Shown here: positions 56,569 to 64,000 of the stretch, in pieces | Layout of the letters: each line of letters opens with the position of its first letter | How positions within the stretch are numbered: the stretch's first letter is position 1 | DNA from: Kudoa neothunni | Lineage: Eukaryota > Animalia > Cnidaria | Assembly (NCBI GenBank): GCA_964304625.1 | Contig: OZ199838.1 | Location: 12,068,524 to 12,132,523, forward strand | Length of the DNA: 64,000 nucleotides | Reading direction: 5' to 3' | Position numbers and translations under genes: made by a program | The notes under the pieces: model-generated | What the model was told of the DNA's origin: nothing | The model's database searches: none | What the model saw: only the letters and a program-made list of their open reading frames with translations

Positions 56569-57526
56569 ATGAGTCAAATTTTTCCTCCTAATTTGGCTGC
56601 GAATCCCAACGAAACATACCGAATAAATATACTCCCCCAGCCAAGGATGCCGTTAGTTCGCTTTAATGGATTGCTGAGAGATTTGGACATTAATAACCTT
56701 TCATTGTTGCTAACAAAAGAGGTAGTCTTAATCAAACATATTTATTGTTCTCTAATGTATATCTTAAAGGATGAATACTTTTCTTCAAAAAATGGTAGAC
56801 TCTATTCATTGGTTGATCTCTATGAAGACTTAAAAGTTGGAGAAATGTGCACTGCACCAATAGTAGTATCACAGAAGCTTGCTGGCGGAAAAGGTGGCTT
56901 CGGTTCCATGCTTCGATCGATGGGTTCTAAAATGTATAAAAATCGGAACAAGGATGCTTGTCGGGGTTTAGATGGACGTCGCATACGTGACACTACTATC
57001 GAAAAGAAGTAAACGTCAGCTTGTGAGTCGGCGGCAATCAACTAAAAGGGTTTAGAATTAAAGAACATCGGGACAAAGCTGAAGCTGATGATAAAGAACA
57101 ACAGCATCAACCATCTAAAACACAAAAAGAAATATCTAAACTGAAAAAATACATTTCTCAAGATAAAAGGAACAACTGTTCGGAGGATTTAGCAAATGCT
57201 GAGACCTATATGGAACATTTAAAAAAATCATCGAATCTTATAAGTGATTCTGTCAGATCAAGTCTTTATTAAGATGATTGGTAATATAATTCCAATGCGT
57301 TTTAGACATTCAACACCACTTAACTGCTGATAATACAGTTTTAAAAGATAATGCAGGTAAAACAACGCGTAAAAATATTGGAACATCACTCAACAAGTAT
57401 TTTGTTAATGAGACGAATAACTTTTTTATGGATATTCGTAGAACCAAAGAAAATACCCTCGAAACTAGTGAATGTTCTTCCAGTTCTAATTTGTCGTTAA
57501 GTGTAGATAGTGACGAAATTTATTGA
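56569..57526 (+). CDS. SDE2: SDE2 (ubiquitin-fold-activated splicing / replication-stress factor), 5 exons
   Basis: Signature LAGG|KGGFGSMLRSMG...NKDACRGLDGRRIRD. Downstream exons splice in frame to a TGA at 57524-57526. Confidence 0.9.
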
Positions 57527-57759
57527 AATATCTTTGTATTGTTTGTATGAGAGAGTATTGTTTTTCTATAACGCGCTAGCACATTTGTTCGAACATATTT
57601 ATCCTTCGAATTTTTCGCTTTGAAATGAACCGCCACATTAGACTAGTGTTCATTTTAGTTCCGATACATAAATCGAGTTATTTTTTGGCTTTAAAATTGT
57701 TCTTATCCTATTTCAGTTGATGAACAGCCCATATATCTTGGTACTGGTGTTTAATAGAT

Positions 57760-58010
57760 CAGAGATTCCCAACCGTCTTTTCAAATTTATCCCCTCGACT
57801 TGGTGAAAAATCCAAGTTTACCCCTTTAACTTGAAAGCCAAATTCATATTTACTTTATGGTTCTATACCACTGGTTTAGCTATGGCAGAGGCTATTTGTA
57901 AGGTAAAGGCTTGTACGCCTGTGTAATGACAATATTTAATCCTATCAATTCTTACTCGCAAGCTGTCTATAGGCTTAATTTTGTAGAATCTACTATATGT
58001 AATTATTTCT
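57760..58010 (+). repeat. Fragment of the hAT-type MITE at 10589-11233
   Basis: Colinear similarity to 10589-10850 (TTTTCAAATTTA..., AATTCATATTT..., GTGTAATGACAAT..., CAAGCTGTCTA). Confidence 0.7.
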
Positions 58011-61000
58011 AGCCTCTAAGAGCAAAGCGGTGGGACAAAGATAATAAAATACTAGCGCTAATGCTCAGCTATGCCTGGTATTTTGTGATGGAAAATTTTA
58101 ACTTTTAGTTTTATTTTTGCAATGTGTTGATTTAGATAAACAAAATTATGCGCACACCTTACATTCCAATATAAACAGAGGTATTGAGAGAAATTAATGA
58201 GCATTTCTAAGTTTATTTTCCAAATTATTGACAAAAAATATAATGATCCTAATTTTATGGGTAATGTAATTGACAATTAAAGTTCATTTATTTATTGAAC
58301 AAAATCATTAAAGAACTTTATAGGACTTTCAGTTCTTTTCAAAATTTTTCGATAAAAATTGGTCCTCCTAGTTATAAAATTTATTATTAGTCTACAAACG
58401 ATAAAGAAAATAATATCAACCTAAGATGCCTCCGAAATATAAATATTAATTGTTACTCCTTTTTTCGCAATTTGATTATGATGCCAATGATGTTTTAAAA
58501 AGCTGTGAGCGATAACTTACGTATTCATTATTGTAACAACATTTCCCCATTTATAAATAAATCCAACCTTTCTTGTTATCAAGAATACTTACTGGTTCAA
58601 AAATATACACATTTAATGATCAAAATGTGATCAAATCTAAAATGTAAAGATGTATTTGGTTTGAAAAATTACAGTAATGCTTAAATACTTAAATATCATA
58701 TGGCTTTCTCGAAGGAGTACTCGCTTTTAAAAATAAACGTATTGTTTGATTGCCTTAAAAAAATTTTCTTGTATTGAGCTATTCTTAGATTAACGAAAAC
58801 TTTGTGAAAATATCGGTTAGATCGAATAGACCAATATTTTCTTATTAACTTACATGGCACGTATTGAGAGAGGACTGCATTTTGTGCAAAAGTAATCGTG
58901 AATATAAATTCTCAAATTACGTATAGAATGCGGTGTCGCATATTTTCATCCAGTTTTTATATCATAATGAATTAGCTATGGCGACAAGAAAATTATCGAA
59001 TTAATAATGTCAGCTGATTTGCATGAAAGTTTAGGGAAATCAAAAAATGAGTAAAAATTTATCGAAAAGACGAATATAATTCCAATCTCAATCAATATAT
59101 TTGATAAAAAGAAATTTTCATTTAAGAAGTTATCACAAAAATTATGTGTTTTATTTTAAATAATAATAAGTCTTTTTCCTTAAAATATATCTATAATGAT
59201 TGAAAAATGAATCTATATCATAAATAATTTGGTTATGACACAAATTTTAAAGGAAATGCAACAACTCATGTAAATATGGCGTTAGTAGCTGTATATGCCT
59301 TATAATTATTCCAAACGGCGTATATAACATTTTTAAAACATTCTATATCATAATTAACAACTTCTCTTTGTATGTAATGAGTTAAAGTTCATCCTAATTG
59401 ATTATCACTCTGATGTAAAAAATATCAAGATTGTTCAGGTACTTTTTAATCTGTTAATTGACAGATTAAAACCAGAAAATTACTTACTTCTGATACCGAT
59501 ATTTCTTATGTAAGAAATTATAAATGAATTAACGATTTCTATTGATGGCATTATCCATTCAAATGAAAACTAAAAGCTGTATTTAAAAAAGTTTCTCCGT
59601 GGCACATGCTTACTACTGCAAACACACGCTGACAGACATAAGAACTTGGTATATATAGTAGATAGTCAAAACGAATATCACCTGAATATTATTTATCGTG
59701 CCAATAACTTCTTCCTTTTTAAAATGGTAGATTACCCATATAGGAATATATATGCGTCTTTGTGCCATTAATAATTACTATTTTCTCTGCCTGTAAACTT
59801 TTAAATCATGGATTATTCCATACATTGAATATTAAATGTCTAAAAAAACTTGAAATTCGTGGATGGGTCTATATACTGAATTTTAAATTGTCAAAATTAA
59901 ATTATTTAGTATAAAATAGTAAAAACCCTGTTATTTAATGAGTAAATAATCTTATATGGGAAAGCAACAAATATTTCTCGCTTTCGGGAATTGTGCGTTC
60001 GATTAACCGAAATCTCGCTATCCGGGAAGAAAATCTGGGTCCCTACATTTTCTGAATAATCGAGGTTTGATTGTAGTAAACCTCGATTACTTTCATCGTT
60101 ATCTATTGTCACGATTTACAAAATGGCCCCTTTGTATGCGTCTAATAATAGACCTCTATTTATTTTCTGAAAAAAATTAAAAAATGTTAAAGTGATTTTT
60201 ATCTATTTAAAAACAAATTTACTGTAAACTTATTTAAATTATAAAATCAGTTTACGCATAAAAAATTGGAATTAAGGAAATCTTAAACAATATAATTTGT
60301 ATTTAGGCATGACTGTATTGTGGTCTATTTTACGAATTTTGTTAAAATGTAATTTGGTATAGTTTAAAATATGAAAATACATATTTTAAAATTTAGGAAA
60401 TTAATACAAGTTATACAGGAATTACTACTGTATACTATCTAATAAAATCGTTATTTTCATTATTTATAATTATATAATACAACTATTTCGGTGGGAAAAA
60501 TATATATACTAAAACTCAATCTGTTGTATCTCTGACTAAAAGTTTAAGCTTTAAGTGTTTTTAGATATGAGATAGATTTGAAAATGAGAGGTTTACATCA
60601 AAATTATGCATATGCACAAAAATTGATCGATACATGCATACCGGTTATTCTTAACCATTGTTTACAATTCAAATATAAAATATATAATTTCAATGCACCT
60701 TAAAACATACTACAATTTTAAACGGATATGGTGCATATACATAGGGTTTTAATTTAAGTTTCATTTTTCCTGTAATTTGGCGATGATAGATATTACAAAA
60801 TTTAGTTTGAACACTTTAACTCTCTATATTTTTGTAATTAATCATTTTCACCTAATATATTATTTACAGACTGCAAGCAAGGAATTTCGGCATGAAAGGA
60901 TTAATGACGATTAATTTGTATTTTACGTTTGAATGATAATTTTTGCGTGGAAACAATTAATTAACTAGTTTGTGATGTGTGGATAAAAGTGATGGACGCT

Positions 61001-61964
61001 TATATAGATATTGATTATCGTATTAATAGTCAGTCTCTAGCATGGGGATTAACATTATTATGTCAATAGCCACGGCGATTTACATTCGCAAACTAATATC
61101 TTTTGTGAGATTAGTTTTAATCCAACAAAGCTGTAGGTGAGATTATAATGTAGAAAAAATTTTACATAAAGTTTTATGCGGAATAAGAATAAATCTGGTA
61201 GATATATGTATGAAGTCTTGGGGGAAAATAACTTAATTGATTTTACTCGATTTACTACGCTGATGGGCTCATGAAGCTTAAGTTCAGCTATTAAGAGTTA
61301 ATTAGTAGATCAGTATTTAGTTTTGGTGATCAGATTTGAGATTAACAATAGTGCACATTCATTACGGCAAATTTTTATATTTTTGGAGGAGCTAGAGAAA
61401 AAAACAAATAATCCTGTTTAGTCCAGTCCTACCAAACACCAACTTTTTTTTGTACTTTACGAATTAAACCGATTAGTTTCCGAATTTATATAAATTCTAT
61501 TTTTTTCCGCTCAACAGAAACTTCTCTTCGAAAAATAAATTTGTTATATATTTTTATACCTCCACGTTACCACACATATTTTAAACAAACAGAAATATTA
61601 TTTTTATTCGATTTATTGATGGTGACTATTACAAATCTGGCACAACAAAATTTTCTTGAGTTGTTACTCCAACTAAATCTATCAGTAAGGTGCTCTTTAG
61701 TTGTTTGATTAACGTTGGACTAATAAATTGAATAGATTAGGACAAAGACAAACGATTATTATAAGCTGCTAGCTATGAATGTTCTAAATTGGAAATTGTC
61801 CTTGTAATCATATTAACAATAGCGGTCTAATAACGGCAACATATTTTGCCAACGAATAAAAAGCTTAAAGGTCTCATAGGCGCGCATCTTCCCTTAATAG
61901 TGTTTGATAGGTGGCGTATAGTGATTCACCGTCGCAAGTGTTTTCACTGCATGTATAACGCAGA

Positions 61965-62948
61965 ATGTCTCCACAAAACTATCATTATACCAATGTAGAG
62001 GAAGAATTCGACATTATAAGCTCAATTTATCACGACAATTTGACTATAAGCCTAGTGGCTGATGATTTTGAGGTTTGTCTTATGTTATTCGCATGATTTC
62101 TACTAAGTTAACGTTGTTTGTAGGGTATATTATTGCTGCATTTTAAAGAGTATTCTTTGGAGGAGGTTCAAGGTGTGATTACGTTTGCTCTAAACCCACT
62201 AGAAGAGAGCCATAGAGGAAATCGCGCAACTTCTTCCACCATCGAATACACCTCTGATAATGTGAAAAATGGCCAATTATGCCTCTATATATTGGTTCCA
62301 AAGGAGTATCCAAATGTGTAAGCTATCACAAATTTTTATAGATTTAAATTCTGATATCATTTATGTGAATATTTTTGATAGATGCTCTCAATGTTGTCTT
62401 TATGTGCCCAAAAACTCTTGTTATAAGTCGGATAATTTGAAGAATCTCCAAAATTATGTATCTGCTATTGAAAAAGATGTACGTAACATTTTTATTCGGG
62501 GAAATGATAAATATTTGTAGAATGACATTTCCTTGCTGTTGAATCTTTTTGAAAGTTACGCCATTGAAGTGCTTATAATGCAGACTGCTGACATAAAACT
62601 TCTCCATGCCTGCGACAAATCTAAAATCAATGAAGTTAGTTCCGATAGTATTCATCACGAGTTACCAGCATCCAACTCCGTACTTTGTTCGAACGCCAAC
62701 ACTTTTGAACAAGCTAAGGTTACTGATTTCTCCCCCCAAAATTTGGTAAAAATATTGAATTAACCCGTTTTTACATATTTATTGTTGTTTGATTTAGGAT
62801 TCCCTGTCGGATTCAATAGTGGAGTTGTCGCTTAAAAACGCCTCCAAAATGCAACCTTTCCATATTTGCAAAAATAAGGATGGTGGCACTATTGCTATTG
62901 ATAAACTGAAGGATGAAGTGGACAGAAACTTTGTACTCAGTCAGTGCT
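61965..62948 (+). CDS. RWD-domain-containing protein, 5' part; probably continues beyond the window
   Basis: N-terminal EEEFDIISSIY and LYILVPKEYPN match the RWD E-x-E-x-x-x-L-x-S-I-Y and P-x-x-Y-P motifs. Five exons with short introns; last seen donor GTAAGT at 62949. Confidence 0.7.
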
Positions 62949-63008
62949 GTAAGTTTTTTATTACGTACAATTGTTTAAACTGTCTATTGGGCTTAAGGAC
63001 GTTTATCG

Positions 63009-63935
63009 CAGGGGTCTCCAAACTTTTTTTCGTCAACTCCCTCCAGAGATTTTATTAAAAATATTAATGTATATTCAGCTTTTTGAGTGGAACAATTAAA
63101 AATTTGTGCAATATATCCCATTAATATTCTATTTACAATATATCATAAAAAATTTTGTTTGTAAATTTACAAGGATATTTATAATAAAGTCATGGCAAAA
63201 ACAACTATGTTAGAAAATTTACCACCGTGAATCTGTTTTTCATCATAAATCGTATTCAATTGACCTCCCGAGTTAGGTCGCTTGTATATGATTACAGTTA
63301 CATACTTTTGCACAAATAGAAATACAGCGGCAGATTTTAAGATTAAATTACATCATATATAGAAAAGTTAATATTTATTCATGGCTGCCTCCAAGAGTTA
63401 AAAAGGATATCATAATCTTTACCCTAAGACAGTTTTCCTTAGCCTGAGGCCACTTGAAGAGTTTTTGAAGTGTCCACGGGGGTTTAAGTGACAATACAGG
63501 TTATTATAATTAGTTTCGTAGCTTTTGTAATTTTGTTCCAAATCAATTTTAAACTTGATGGAAACTATCGTTGTTGTTTTATATACTGTTGATATCAGTC
63601 AATACTAGTGGTCATTGAAATTGAAGCAACTTTGAACGCTAATGTATTTGCTAGTTTGCTATGAGTTGCAAAGTGCCTCTACATAAATGAAAAATATTGA
63701 ATGTCATAACTAGGAAAGGTGGAGATTGATTTTAATTTAAAAATAAAAAATAAATGTTATGAGGTAGTTTTAATTAATATAATTATATGATGTAGTATGA
63801 AGTTGCAAGGTGGAAACATCACCTTTAGTCCATAAAATTCATTGGAATCTCTATAGCATGTATCGACCTCCATTCGTCCCTTAGCGTCATTATCGACACC
63901 CTATAAGTTCTTATCGACCACTTCGGAGACCCCTG
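63009..63935 (-). mobile_element. Internally deleted hAT (Buster/SPIN-type) element
   Basis: TIRs CAGGGGTCTCCAAA / TTCGGAGACCCCTG. Decayed C-terminal transposase-like remnant on the minus strand at ~63220-63330. Confidence 0.75.
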
Positions 63936-64000
63936 GTGAAATTATAATTTACGCCAATAATTTCTGAGTGATAAGAATTCTAAAATATATTAAATGCAAC

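Overview
AT-rich eukaryotic nuclear DNA, not prokaryotic. Genes are split by very short GT-AG introns (mostly ~37-55 nt) and several intron positions match those of animal orthologues. This suggests a highly derived, compact-intron animal such as a myxozoan-like parasite (inference only). Recognisable host genes: SERCA Ca2+-ATPase (+, with three +1 frameshifts), adenylosuccinate lyase (+), a BAZ1A/ACF1-like chromatin factor (-), RanBP1 (-), presenilin (-), SDE2 (+) and an RWD-domain gene (+, probably running past the window end). One clear and one tentative multi-exon orphan gene at 48.4-50.7 kb are missed by the ORF track. Intergenic DNA and long introns are dense with DNA transposons: one intact IS630/Tc1-like element with DD32E spacing, several piggyBac elements (one with a host-type micro-intron, nested in the TIR of a 9-bp-TSD element), Tigger/pogo and hAT remnants and MITEs, a GG...CC 9-bp-TSD family and a Gypsy gag remnant. 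No rRNA, convincing tRNA or CRISPR array was seen. All gene models were spliced by eye, so exon boundaries are approximate. I found no unambiguous new biological system; the best leads are listed as findings.
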